From Macrostomum hystrix (taxonomy: Eukaryota > Animalia > Platyhelminthes): a stretch of DNA of 64,000 nt. The stretch is taken from the NCBI GenBank assembly GCA_950097015.1, contig CATNEN010000027.1:744001-808000 (forward strand), given 5' to 3'. Positions 13,419 through 26,111 of this stretch are shown here, piece after piece. Below the pieces are notes generated by a model that saw only the letters and a program-made list of their open reading frames with translations, did no database searches and was not told the DNA's origin. Positions within the stretch are counted from its first letter, which is position 1. Every line of letters begins with the position of its first letter. The position numbers were made by a program, and so were the translations under genes.

Positions 13419-13863
13419 CATTCTTGGCTCCGTAGGCGGCCGTCTCAGCGGCAGCGGCTGCACAGCCAGAGTTTTTGACTCTGACGAGGATGAACAAAGC
13501 GTCGCCGGGGTCGGCGTCGTGGTTGGCGGCAGCAGCTGCGGCGATCCAGCCGCCTACTTCAAGGAGACCCTCCGAGCTGCCGTGGCCGCCAATGCCGCCG
13601 TCGCCGACGCGGCCAACGGCAGCTGCAAGTCGCTGCCGCCGCGGCTGCAGAACTCGACAATGGACGGGCTGAAGGAGAAAACCGACCAACTGGCGGCCGA
13701 GGACGACTTCGCCGAGGAGTGGCGCGCCGCAGCATTCGCCCTGGACTGGATCTTCTTCTGGGCCTTCCTGCTGCTCACCTGCCTGATGTTCTCCATGGTG
13801 GCCTGGGTCGCCTGGCCGGCCTTCACAGTTGAGCACCCAACTGGCAACTCGAAAGGTCACTGA
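13160..13863 (+). CDS. nAChR alpha-type subunit, exon 6 (M3, cytoplasmic loop with polyQ, M4)
   Basis: CCCGCAG|GLLFSVTMIMVALAVVMAV (M3), then EEWRAAAFALDWIFFWAFLLL (M4); stop TGA ends at 13863. Confidence 0.93.
13369..13416 (+). repeat. (CAG)16 coding polyglutamine tract
   Basis: Counted in nAChR exon 6, in the Gln frame. Confidence 0.95.
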
Positions 13864-14135
13864 GCTGGGATAAAATCCTGGAAACTTGTTTCATGTCTCA
13901 ATCAACTAAATGACTACTGATACCAATTTGTCCTTCTTCAATTTGATAATTTATCAAATTGCAACAAACCTGAAGGAAATATACTCGGCAGTGATCTATC
14001 AAATAATGCGTGTCAAACAGTGTCAGATGTAGAAAATTTACAGCAGTGTGGAAAGGCTGTCTGCAAATGCTTCGTCTACTGGCAGAGGGTCTGCGGGATC
14101 TGCAGTTGAAGTTGCAAGCCTTTACTTGTACTTCA

Positions 14136-14380
14136 GGGGTGAGTGGCAGAGCGGTCTAACGCGTTTGTCTCTGGCACCAAGACCCATGAGCTCGATTCCG
14201 CGGCGAGGCCACATTCATTTTGGGGCGCAGCCGCTGAGAGAAGGCTTGGGGGCTTGTCGTGCAATTTACGCCATTGAGGGCCAACCTCCAAGGCACAGTG
14301 AGAGTGTACACTGCCTGACGATGAGAAATTCAGGGCAGATGTACACACCTGTGTGAGTGTATGCCTGCGTACAGTATCTG
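14136..14380 (+). mobile_element. tRNA-derived SINE-like element (copy 1)
   Basis: Head GGTGAGTGGCAGAGCGGTCTAACGCG is A-box/tRNA-like, with a degenerate B box GAGCTCGATTCC. The body matches 54184-54335 and the inverted 14720-14765. Confidence 0.6.
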
Positions 14381-14719
14381 TGTGAGTGTGTGCTCAGGAG
14401 TCAGCGAAATTGGCGGAATTGCCTCCTCGCTGGCTGCGGGTCTAGTGTCACCAAATGATGTGCCATTGCCCGCAGCCCTCCTGTAATTATTTTTATTATT
14501 ATATTAGTATAAGCCTTCAGTGATAGTAATTGTTGCATACTTTAATACAGACAGATTCAATACTATAATATATAGATAATGGTTTGACGCATTCTCCAAA
14601 AATAACTCTTTCGTATTGATCTTATTGATAGATCAATAAGGTGTTGATCTATCAATGTTCATCTGAACATCTATAAGGTGTTCATCCACCGTGAATTTCT
14701 CATTGTCAATCGGACTTTT

Positions 14720-14765
14720 ACGACAAGCCCCCAAATGAATGCGACCTCGCAGCGGATTCGAGCTC
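14720..14765 (-). mobile_element. SINE-like fragment, inverted and internally deleted (copy 2)
   Basis: Reverse complement GAGCTCGAATCCGCTGCGAGGTCGCATTCATTTGGGGGCTTGTCGT aligns to 14188-14260. Confidence 0.6.
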
Positions 14766-15744
14766 AGGAACCTTCGAATTCGGAGAATCTCGGCTTTGTT
14801 TTCAAACTGATTTAAAAAACATCATTTAGTACTGAGCGTTTCATAGGAAGTAGTAAGGAAAGGAAAAAATATAAGAATTCGATAATTTAATAACATCACC
14901 ACTTGTGTAAATTTATATTTCTGAAACTGCTTGCAATTTGGTTTTAATCAGTCTTATAAAAATTTGTTGTTGGTTCTGTGCTTTCTAACCGGTTGCTAAG
15001 GGTTAGCTACCTCTGACTGTTGCTAAGTAAATGACAACCACCTTCTAGTAGTTTATTTAACTAGCTTCTCGTTTCATTTTTCTGCAATGAAATAGTGCAC
15101 AAAATTAATAGGAGTGCAGGACACGGCGAGGCAGAGCACGCGGGCCGAAGCCAATCCAGTCTAAAAATACTATTAAAAAATCGTCCTACGCTCGTAGAAT
15201 TTCGCCTATCCGCTCTCGCATGCCTTCCCTCATCGTCCTTTCTTGCCCGATCTCTGCGAGGTATACGCTCAAGTTCCATTTGCACAAGGTCAGATAGCGT
15301 AAAAGCATAAAACACTGGCAATTCTCCCAAATGTTCCCTGCTCCCCTTGGGAAGACGAGCTGGGGATTTGGCAATTTTGGCAAGATGCTCAAATTGATAT
15401 GAAGAGGCCGATGAGAGCTTGTCGCAATTTTAAATAGTGAGTGAGCGGGGCACAGGAGCTTCGTCATACAGCCCTAGGCTTGCACTATACAATTGAGTTA
15501 CATTATATTTAGTGTTCAAACAATGCAAAGGCAAGGGTGATGCGAACAATTCGTGGAGGAAATGTTAAAAATAGGCTTCAATGAATGCATTTCTTTTTTG
15601 TACTTAAAAAAAAAATAACAGACAATTTTCATTGGAAAAAAACTATTTTACATACAACAGGTGAAGACTTAACAGAGTCTTTGAATCCTGTGAATTTCAT
15701 GCTTACACCTTGGGACATTGTTGAGGCTGGGGACTGAGACATCA

Positions 15745-18700
15745 ATGTGACTCACTTGGGACACCCTTGTTACTCACTTGAGACATCCTTGTGACTCACT
15801 TGGGACACCCTTGTGACTCACTTGGGACATCCTTGTGTCTCACTTGGGACACCCTTGTGACTCACTTGGGACATCCTTGTGACTCACTTGGGACACCCTT
15901 GTGACTCACTTGGGACATCCTTGTGACTCACTTGAGACATCCTTGTGTCTCACTTGGGACATCCTTGTGTCTCACTTGGGACACCCTTGTGTCTCACTTG
16001 GGACACCCTTGTGTCTCACTTGGGACACCCTTGTGTCTCACTTGAGACATCCTTGTGTCTCACTTGAGACATCCTTGTGTCTCACTTGGGACATCCTTGT
16101 TACTCACTTGAGACATCCTTGTGACTCACTTGGGACACCCTTGTGTCTCACTTGAGACATCCTTGTGTCTCACTTGGGACATCCTTGTTACTCACTTGAG
16201 ACATCCTTGTGTCTCACTTGAGACATCCTTGTGTCTCACTTGAGACATCCTTGTGTCCCACTTGAGACATCCTTGTGTCTCACTTGGGACACCCTTGTGT
16301 CTCACTTGAGACATCCTTGTGTCTCACTTGGGACATCCTTGTTACTCACTTGAGACATCCTTGTGTCTCACTTGGGACATCCTTGTTACTCACTTGAGAC
16401 ATCCTTGTGACTCACTTGGGACACCCTTGTGTCTCACTTGAGACATCCTTGTGTCTCACTTGGGACATCCTTGTTACTCACTTGAGACATCCTTGTGTCT
16501 CACTTGAGACATCCTTGTGTCTCACTTGAGACATCCTTGTGTCCCACTTGAGACATCCTTGTGTCTCACTTGGGACACCCTTGTGTCTCACTTGAGACAT
16601 CCTTGTGTCTCACTTGGGACATCCTTGTTACTCACTTGAGACATCCTTGTGTCTCACTTGGGACATCCTTGTTACTCACTTGAGACATCCTTGTGACTCA
16701 CTTGGGACACCCTTGTGTCTCACTTGAGACATCCTTGTGTCTCACTTGGGACATCCTTGTGTCTCACTTGGGACATCCTTGTGTCTCACTTGGGACATCC
16801 TTGTTACTCACTTGAGACATCCTTGTGTCTCACTTGGGACATCCTTGTGTCTCACTTGAGACATCCTTGTGTCTCACTTGAGACATCCTTGTGACTCACT
16901 TGGGACACCCTTGTGTCTCACTTGAGACACCCTTGTGTCTCACTTGAGACATCCTTGTGTCTCACTTGAGACATCCTTGTGTCTCACTTGAGACATCCTT
17001 GTGTCTCACTTGAGACATCCTTGTGTCTCACTTGAGACATCCTTGTGTCTCACTTGGGACACCCTTGTGTCTCACTTGAGACATCCTTGTGTCTCACTTG
17101 GGACATCCTTGTTACTCACTTGAGACATCCTTGTGTCTCACTTGAGACATCCTTGTGTCTCACTTGGGACATCCTTGTTACTCACTTGAGACATCCTTGT
17201 GACTCACTTGGGACACCCTTGTGTCTCACTTGAGACATCCTTGTGTCTCACTTGGGACATCCTTGTGTCTCACTTGGGACATCCTTGTTACTCACTTGAG
17301 ACATCCTTGTGTCTCACTTGAGACATCCTTGTGTCTCACTTGAGACATCCTTGTGTCTCACTTGAGACATCCTTGTGACTCACTTGGGACATCCTTGTGT
17401 CTCACTTGAGACACCCTTGTGTCTCACTTGAGACATCCTTGTGTCTCACTTGAGACATCCTTGTGTCTCACTTGGGACATCCTTGTGTCTCACTTGAGAC
17501 ATCCTTGTGTCTCACTTGAGACATCCTTGTGACTCACTTGGGACACCCTTGTGTCTCACTTGAGACACCCTTGTGTCTCACTTGAGACATCCTTGTGTCT
17601 CACTTGGGACATCCTTGTGTCTCACTTGAGACACCCTTGTGTCTCACTTGAGACATCCTTGTGTCTCACTTGAGACATCCTTGTGTCTCACTTGGGACAT
17701 CCTTGTGTCTCACTTGAGACATCCTTGTGTCTCACTTGGGACATCCTTGTGTCTCACTTGAGACATCCTTGTGTCTCACTTGGGACACCCTTGTGTCTCA
17801 CTTGGGACATCCTTGTGACTCACTTGGGACACCCTTGTGACTCAATTGGGACATCCTTGTGTCTCACTTGGGACACCCTTGTGTCTCACTTGGGACATCC
17901 TTGTGTCTCACTTGGGACACCCTTGTGTCTCACTTGGGACACCCTTGTGTCTCACTTGGGACACCCTTGTGTCTCACTTGGGACATCCTTGTGTCTCACT
18001 TGGGACACCCTTGTGTCTCACTTGGGACACCCTTGTGTCTCACTTGGGACACCCTTGTGTCTCACTTGGGACACCCTTGTGTCTCACTTGGGACACCCTT
18101 GTGTCTCACTTGGGACATCCTTGTGACTCACTTGGGACACCCTTGTGTCTCACTTGGGACACCCTTGTGTCTCACTTGGGACATCCTTGTGTCTCACTTG
18201 GGACACCCTTGTGTCTCACTTGGGACACCCTTGTGTCTCACTTGGGACACCCTTGTGTCTCACTTGGGACACCCTTGTGTCTCACTTGGGACACCCTTGT
18301 GTCTCACTTGGGACATCCTTGTGACTCACTTGGGACATCCTTGTGACTCACTTGGGACATCCTTGTGACTCACTTGGGACATCCTTGTGACTCACTTGGG
18401 ACATCCTTGTGACTCTATTGCGAAATTCTTGTTACTCACTTGAGACATCATTGTGACTCACTTGGGACACCCTTGTGTCTCACTTGGGACACCCTTGTGT
18501 CTCACTTGGGACACCCTTGTGTCTCAATTGGGACACCCTTGTGTCTCAATTGGGACATCCTTGTGACTCACTTGGGACACCCTTGTGTCTCACTTGGGAC
18601 ATCCTTGTGACTCACTTGGGACATCCTTGTGTCTCACTTGGGACACCCTTGTGACTCACTTGGGACACCCTTGTGTCTCACTTGGGACATCCTTGTGTCT

Positions 18701-18945
18701 CACTTGGGACATCCTTTGACTCACTTGAGACATCCTTGTGACTCACTTGGGACATCCTTGTGTCTCAATTGGGACACCCTTGTTACTCACTTGGGACATC
18801 CTTGTTACTCACTTGAGACACCCTTGTTACTCACTTGGGACACCCTTGTTACTCACTTGGGACATCCTTGTGTCTCTATTGGGAAATTCTTGTGACTCAC
18901 TTGGGACACCCTTGTGTCTCACTTGGGACATCCTTTGACTCATCC
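15745..18945. repeat. 22-bp minisatellite (TCACTTGGGACACCCTTGTGTC)n
   Basis: Direct reading; lies between the convergent nAChR and claudin-like 3-prime ends. Confidence 0.97.
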
Positions 18946-19181
18946 TTGGGATCCTTGGGACATCCTTCCAGTCTTGGACTAGTGACATAGTATAAAATGT
19001 GAACAATTAAACAGAGAATTCAAAATAGCAGGAAAAAAGGTTCGATTTGCTGAAAAGTGCGGGTGCTAGCTGAGAAATGGATCCAAATACCAGAATGCAG
19101 AGTGATGAGATTTCCATAATATTTTCCAGTCCTGGACATTCAGCATTTGTGATCGGTAGCAATCAGTGGTCCGTGCTCAGC

Positions 19182-19429
19182 TCACACAGTCTGACAGGAC
19201 TCAAGTTGAGCTGGCGGTCGCCTTGTTGCTGAGCGGGCGCAGCACAGCAGAGCGCAGGGTCGGCTGGTCTCTCGAACCAGATCGTCCAGCATCATACAGA
19301 GGGCCGAGGCCATCAGCAGTGCGGCGGCTGCCCAGCCCATCGCATAGCCGTAGCCGTATCGATGCGACTGCAGCAATAGTTTTTGCACAGCGTAAGGATA
19401 GACGCCAAGTGCTACTGTGGCTGACAATG
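19182..19429 (-). CDS. PMP22/claudin-superfamily protein, shared last exon (TM3 end, ECL2, TM4, tail)
   Basis: CCCCCAG|ALSATVALGVYPY...YGYGYAMGWAAAALLMASALCMML; (Y/F)G(Y/W)xYxxGW TM4 signature. Confidence 0.88.
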
Positions 19430-19745
19430 CTGGGGGTGGAATGAATTGCTGATGGAATGTGATCAGCGATTGACAAATTGTAACATGAGTCACATGTAAC
19501 CATGTCGGCTACTATGGTTGACTAAAAATATTCTATTGGACATATTTTTAATTTATACACTTTTAAACTGTAATGGGCAGTTAAAGTTCATTGTAAAGAG
19601 CGGAAAATTTGGATACGTTTGGTGGACTTTCATGAGAATCGGTCATTCGGTTTCGGAGCTATCGTGAAGTAGGCATTGGGGATTTGAAATACCCCCCAGG
19701 GAGAAAAATAGCTTGGCATTTCTTCTATTAAGCGATTATACTCAC

Positions 19746-19895
19746 CAGCCACAAAGAAGATTTCTCCAGCAGAGTGGAAATAGTACATCTTCTTTGGCAG
19801 GTAGTTGACGCACAGTCCAAATGAGGCCAGACCCGTGCCCAAAGCAGTAAACAGAATTGCAAAAATGAGCAGTCCGATAGAGGCCTTCTGCCAGT
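19746..19895 (-). CDS. PMP22/claudin-superfamily protein, shared exon (TM2-TM3)
   Basis: CTACCCAG|(D)WQKASIGLLIFAILFTALGTGLASFGLCVNYLPKKMYYFHSAGEIFFVA|GTGAGT; the WQ-TM2 pattern resembles TMEM47/VAB-9-type proteins. Confidence 0.88.
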
Positions 19896-20007
19896 CTGGG
19901 TAGGTTTAATAGGGCGCTGCAGGTGAGTTGATAGATATGACTTTGGGGTGCACAGCAGGTACAAATGTACTACTATTGATGACATCTCATTGACAGACCC
20001 GTTGAGA

Positions 20008-21900
20008 CTTATGATTGAGGATTTAGTTCGTGTTTTTAGTTCCCATTGTGTCTTATGAATGAGGATTTAGTTCGTGTTTTTAGTTCCCATTGTGTCTTAT
20101 GGCTGAGGATTTAGTTCGTGTTTTTCTCCCATTGTGTCTTATGGCTGAGGATTTAGTTCGTGTTTTTCTCCCATTGTGTCTTATGGCTGAGGATTTAGTT
20201 CGTGTTTTTCTCCCATTGTGTCTTATGGCTGAGGATTTAGTTCGTGTTTTTCTCCCATTGTGTCTTATGGCTGAGGATTTAGTTCGTGTTTTTCTCCCAT
20301 TGTGTCTTATGGTTGAGGATTTAGTTCGTGTTTTTAGTTCCCATTGTGTCTTATGGCTGAGGATTTAGTTCGTGTTTTTAGTTCCCATTGTGTCTTATGG
20401 CTGAGGATTTAGTTCGTGTTTTTAGTTCCCATTGTGTCTTATGAATGAGGATTTAGTTCGTGTTTTTAGTTCCCATTGTGTCTTATGGCTGAGGATTTAG
20501 TTCGTGTTTTTCTCCCATTGTGTCTTATGGCTGAGGATTTAGTTCGTGTTTTTCTCCCATTGTGTCTTATGGCTGAGGATTTAGTTCGTGTTTTTCTCCC
20601 ATTGTGTCTTATGAATGAGGATTTAGTTCGTGTTTTTCTCCCATTGTGTCTTATGGCTGAGGATTTAGTTCGTGTTTTTCTCCCATTGTGTCTTATGGCT
20701 GAGGATTTAGTTCGTGTTTTTCTCCCATTGTGTCTTATGGCTGAGGATTTAGTTCGTGTTTTTCTCCCATTGTGTCTTATGGCTGAGGATTTAGTTCGTG
20801 TTTTTCTCCCATTGTGTCTTATGGCTGAGGATTTAGTTCGTGTTTTTCTCCCATTGTGTCTTATGGCTGAGGATTTAGTTCGTGTTTTTCTCCCATTGTG
20901 TCTTATGGTTGAGGATTTAGTTCGTGTTTTTAGTTCCCATTGTGTCTTATGGCTGAGGATTTAGTTCGTGTTTTTAGTTCCCATTGTGTCTTATGGCTGA
21001 GGATTTAGTTCGTGTTTTTAGTTCCCATTGTGTCTTATGGCTGAGGATTTAGTTCGTGTTTTTAGTTCCCATTGTGTCTTATGAATGAGGATTTAGTTCG
21101 TGTTTTTAGTTCCCATTGTGTCTTATGAATGAGGATTTAGTTCGTGTTTTTAGTTCCCATTGTGTCTTATGGCTGAGGATTTAGTTCGTGTTTTTAGTTC
21201 CCAATGTGTCTTATGGCTGAGGATTTAGTTCGTGTTTTTAGTTCCCAATGTGTCTTATGGCTGAGGATTTAGTTCGTGTTTTTAGTTCCCATTGTGTCTT
21301 ATGGCTGAGGATTTAGTTCGTGTTTTTAGTTCCCATTGTGTCTTATGAATGAGGATTTAGTTCGTGTTTTTAGTTCCCATTGTGTCTTATGGCTGAGGAT
21401 TTAGTTCGTGTTTTTAGTTCCCATTGTGTCTTATGGCTGAGGATTTAGTTCGTGTTTTTAGTTCCCATTGTGTCTTATGAATGAGGATTTAATTCGTGTT
21501 TTTAGTTCCCAATGTGTCTTATGGCTGAGGATTTAGTTCGTGTTTTTAGTTCCCATTGTGTCTTATGAATGAGGATTTAGTTCGTGTTTTTAGTTCCCAT
21601 TGTGTCTTATGGCTGAGGATTTAGTTCGTGTTTTTAGTTCCCAATGTGTCTTATGGCTGAGGATTTAGTTCGTGTTTTTAGTTCCCATTGTGTCTTATGG
21701 CTGAGGATTTAGTTCGTGTTTTTAGTTCCCATTGTGTCTTATGGCTGAGGATTTAGTTCGTGTTTTTAGTTCCCATTGTGTCTTATGGCTGAGGATTTAG
21801 TTCGTGTTTTTAGTTCCCAATGTGTCTTATGGCTGAGGATTTAGTTCGTGTTTTTAGTTCCCATTGTGTGTTATGGGTGAGGATTTAGTTCGTGTTTTTA
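20008..21900. repeat. 42/44-bp minisatellite (TTATGGCTGAGGATTTAGTTCGTGTTTTT[C/AGT]TCCCATTGTGTC)n
   Basis: Direct reading; two length variants occur in blocks. Confidence 0.95.
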
Positions 21901-22246
21901 CATTTTCGAAGTACAAACGCAAGTTGAATAGACATCCTGTTAGTTACTCAACCTATGTACACATAGGCTGACAGCTCTAGCGGCGGAAGTTTAGCTAAGC
22001 CTTGGCCTACAGCTGATAGCTTGTCCAGCTAAATATGATTTATTGGTGCAATAAATGTCCACTGTGAGCTTGGAGACAGGAAGAATGATTAGACAACCCT
22101 TGCTGATCAGTGACGGGACACACGCGAGCTGAGTGATTTAATCAGCGTCAGCAACCTGCTCGAATGCAGGTAAAACTAGGTATTCTCGAGTCTGCTTCTC
22201 TTAGCAACTAAAAGTCTAGATTTTTTATGGAATGGTTCAATTAGAT

Positions 22247-22582
22247 ACGAGAGTAGATTAGATACGAGGGGAGATTAGATACGAGGGGAGATTAGATATG
22301 AGAGTATATTAGATATTAGAGTAGATTAGATACGAGAGTAGATTAGATACGAGAGTAGATTAGATACGAGGGGAGATTAGATATGAGAGTAGATTAGATA
22401 TGAGAGTATATTAGATATGAGAGTAGATTAGATATTAGAGTAGATTAGATACGAGAGTAGATTAGATACGAGGGGAGATTAGATATGAGAGTAGATTAGA
22501 TATGAGAGTATATTAGATATGAGAGTAGATTAGATATTAGAGTAGATTAGATATTAGAGTAGATTAGATATGAGAGTAGATT
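22247..22582. repeat. 17-bp minisatellite (ATTAGATACGAGAGTAG)n
   Basis: Direct reading. Confidence 0.9.
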
Positions 22583-22929
22583 GCAGTAGGGATAATAGGA
22601 ATCTAAACATCACAAGCCATAAACGCGCGCCAATCACAGAAGACACACGCACACACACTGGGATAGGAGACCGTCAGGAAAAGAAGCAGAGCGTATGCAA
22701 ATCGTCCAGATTGTTCAGGAATCAGAAAGGAAACTGAACTCTGCTTATTCAGCTGATTCACTTCCTCTATCACTGTGCGGGTTTCTCTGGTTCAATTGCT
22801 TTTACCTTGAATTTGCAAGGCTCCCGTGTCCACTGGCTCGCTGTCATACCCTCGTATTCTATACTCATTCTTGAGCACTTTTCGGCTCTCTATGACTCGG
22901 ATTCTGAGAACTCAAATATGCGGCCTTAT

Positions 22930-23276
22930 TCTCTCTCTATCCCTCTCGATCCCCTCTCTCTCTATCCCCTCTATCTCTATCCCCTCTCTCTATCCCCTCT
23001 CTCTATCCCCTCTCTCTCTATTCTCTCTCTCTATCCCCTCTCTCTCTATCCCCTCTCTCTCTATTCCCTCTCTCTCTATCCCCTCTCTCTCTATCCCCTC
23101 TATCTCTATCCCCTCTATCTCTATCCCCCCTCTCTCTATTCTCTCTCTCTATCCCCTCTATCTCTATCCCCTCTCTCTCTATCCCCTCTCTCTATCCCCT
23201 CTCTCACTATTTCCTCTCTCTCTATTCCCTCTCTCTCTATTCCCTCTCTCTCTATTCCCTCTCTCTCTATCCCCTC
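22930..23276. repeat. CT-rich repeat of about 15 bp (CTATCCCCTCTCTCT)n
   Basis: Direct reading; directly downstream of the module B donor. Confidence 0.85.
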
Positions 23277-23285
23277 TCCGTCTAC

Positions 23286-23643
23286 CTTGCAGGTGCTGCC
23301 CAAAAATGCCACCACCGCCGCCGCAGCCGCCGCTGTTGGCCTCGCTTAGATTCGTTCGCGACTGTCGCTGAATCGCTGAAGCGCCAGGTGGGCACGCGTC
23401 CCACAGGCTGGCCCAGGCGTCAACGCTGCCGCTGCCGCGCCAATGCCAGTGAGCGTCCGGCGCCAGCGCCGCCGTCAGCAGGCCGAGTGCGGCGCAGCCG
23501 AGCATGACGCCGAGGCAGCGCCAGGCAAGACGGCGACGCTCCTGGGCGCCGAAGGCTTCGCTGTGCGGCCGGCGCTGCTCGTAGATTCCGACGCTGTCGG
23601 GAACGCGGAAGCTGACGAAACTCTTCAGTGTCTTCAGCTGCAT
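23286..23643 (-). CDS. PMP22/claudin-superfamily protein, alternative variable module B (short N-terminus, TM1 and ECL1 in one exon)
   Basis: MQLKTLK...AWRCLGVMLGCAALGLLTAALAPDAHW...ASLWDAC...GGC...QHLQ ends at a phase-1 donor AAG|GTAGAC and joins the 19895 exon in frame. Isoform B = 251 aa. Confidence 0.72.
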
Positions 23644-23727
23644 GGCGTCACAGCCTGCGGTTTGCTCGTGACTCACGGCTGCTGCCTATAGAGCTGCCAC
23701 CCTGCCTATGCCACCCTGGCACTCTGG

Positions 23728-23950
23728 CAATCTATCAATCTGTCAATCTATCACTCTGTCAATCAATCACTCTGTCAATCTATCCTCTGTCAATCTATCA
23801 CTTTGTCAATCTATCCTCTGTCAATCTATCACTTACTTTGTCAATCTATCACTTTGTCAATCTATTACTTTGTCAATCTATCAATCTGTCAATCTATCAC
23901 TCTGTCAATCTATTTACCTGTCAATCTATCACTCTGTCAATCAATCTGTC
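23728..23950. repeat. Degenerate repeat of about 16 bp (TGTCAATCTATCACTC)n
   Basis: Direct reading. Confidence 0.8.
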
Positions 23951-24515
23951 ACTCAGCCACTCACCAGCCAGCTCTCCTAAGCACCTGATTCCTAGTATCT
24001 GTGAGTTCAGGCAGTCAGCTGAATGAATGTCGCTAAGCAGAGGTGCTTGAGAAGCAGCCAGAATTTCTAGCGAGTGTCGGCTGCGCGGTGAGAAAGAGAA
24101 ACGGGACAAGGCGGGGAGGGCCATCTCAGACAGCCAATTGAGGGCCTGGGAGATGTAGGGATTCCCTGTGCAGCGCCTCCATGCACCCTCCCTTCATTCA
24201 CTCCTGACCGTCTATTTCCTCTGCATCCTCAGTTTCCACGCTTCTCGCCATTCCCCAGTTCTGCTTTTTTAGGACCAAGCGAACAGGCAAGGCTTCAGAG
24301 CACCACACCGCGCCTTGTCTCTTTTCTGCCCCTATAGCCTTGCTAGCTTCCTTCATTTGCACTTCCCGTCTCTTGCGCCTTGTGCCTAGCCATGTGTTCT
24401 TTTTTAACTGCACTTTCCTGACGATTGCAGTTTCTGCAGCTTCACTCCAACATTGCCGCTAACAGGATCCAGGAATGCCTGAGCCGATACTGGGCCAGTT
24501 ATGACACTGTACTGA

Positions 24516-25702
24516 ACTGTTCTGTTCTGTTCTGTTCTGTTCTGTTCTGTTCTGTTCTGTTCTGTTCTGCTCTGTTCTGTTCTGTTCTGTTCTGTTCTGT
24601 TCTGCCCTGTTCTGTTCTGTTCTGTTCTGTTCTGCCCTGTTCTGTTCTGTTCTGCTCTGTTCTGTTCTGCTCTGCTCTGTTCTGTTCTGTTCTGTTCTGT
24701 TCTGTTCTGTTCTGTTCTGTTCTGTTCTGTTCTGTTCTGTTCTGTTCTGTTCTGTTCTGTTCTGTTCTGTTCTGTTCTGTTCTGTTCTGTTCTGTTCTGC
24801 TCTGTTCTGTTCTGCTCTGTTCTGTTCTGCTCTGTTCTGTTCTGCTCTGCTCTGTTCTGTTCTGTTCTGTTATGTTCTGTTCTGCTCTGCTCTGTTCTGT
24901 TCTGTTCTGTTCTGTTCTGTTCTGCTCTGTTCTGTTCTGCTCTGTTCTGTTCTGTTCTGTTCTGTTCTGTTCTGTTCTGTTCTGTTCTGTTCTGTTCTGT
25001 TCTGTTCTGTTCTGTTCTGTTCTGTTCTGTTCTGTTCTGCTCTGTTCTGTTCTGTTCTGTTCTGTTCTGCTCTGTTCTGTTCTGTTCTGTTCTGTTCTGT
25101 TCTGCTCTGTTCTGTTCTGTTCTGTTCTGTTCTGTTCTGTTCTGTTCTGTTCTGTTCTGTTCTGTTCTCTTCTGCTCTGTTCTGTTCTGTTCTGTTCTGT
25201 TCTGTTCTGTTCTGTTCTGCCCTGTTCTGTTCTGTTCTGTTCTGTTCTGTTCTGTTCTGTTCTGCCCTGTTCTGTTCTGCTCTGTTCTGCCCTGTTCTGT
25301 TCTGCCCTGTTCTGTTCTGTTCTGTTCTGCCCTGTTCTGTTCTGTTCTGTTCTGTTCTGTTCTGTTCTGCCCTGTTCTGTTCTGTTCTGTTCTGCTCTGT
25401 TCTGTTCTGTTCTGCTCTGTTCTGCCCTGTTCTGTTCTGTTCTGTTCTGTTCTGCCCTGTTCTGTTCTGTTCTGTTCTGTTCTGTTCTGTTCTGTTCTGC
25501 TCTGTTCTGCCCTGTTCTGTTCTGTTCTGTTCTGTTTTGTTCTGTTCTGCTCTGTTCTGTTCTGTTCTGTTCTGTTCTGTTCTGTTCTGTTCTGTTCTGT
25601 TCTGTTCTGTTCTGTTCTGTTCTGTTCTGCTCTGTTCTGCTCTGTTCTGCCCTGTTCTGTTCTGTTCTGTTCTGTTCTGTTCTGTTCTGCCCTGTTCTGC
25701 TC
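24516..25702. repeat. (TTCTG)n pentanucleotide array, copy 1
   Basis: Direct reading; variants CTCTG and CCCTG. Confidence 0.97.
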
Positions 25703-26111
25703 TGTGTGTTGAATCTACAATTCATAGAAAGTCTTCATTTATCTGTTAGATGATTTATAGATCAGCTCCGTGTAATGTTGCGCAGGAATTTTTCAAGAAT
25801 TGTTCAAAAATTTGCATTCAAATTTGAATTGCTAATTTTTGCTCACAATCGATTCCTTTGCAGACTAATCGTAGTAATTTAACCGTGCGCGTGCATTCGC
25901 ACAAGACTAGAACGCGTTTCATTATTCTAAACATTCGAGTTACATTTTTGAAACTACATTTATCGGATTTTAACTGCGCAATTTCATTACGCTACTTTTA
26001 GTAGAGAAGCATGTGGCATGCTTTGCAAGGAACGCTAGTACTCAGAAAAACACAATTAGACGATCGTAAGCTTTTTGTATTATCTTTATTTGGTTCATCA
26101 GTTATGAAGCA

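Noticed and set aside
14136-14215. Functional tRNA gene
   Set aside because: The B box is degenerate, no clean cloverleaf could be folded, and the sequence continues into a body shared with other dispersed copies, so it is better explained as a SINE head.
23293-23691. Plus-strand exon after the apparent acceptor CCTTGCAG at 23292
   Set aside because: All three + frames stop early and show no motif. The - strand gives a coherent TM1/ECL1 exon.
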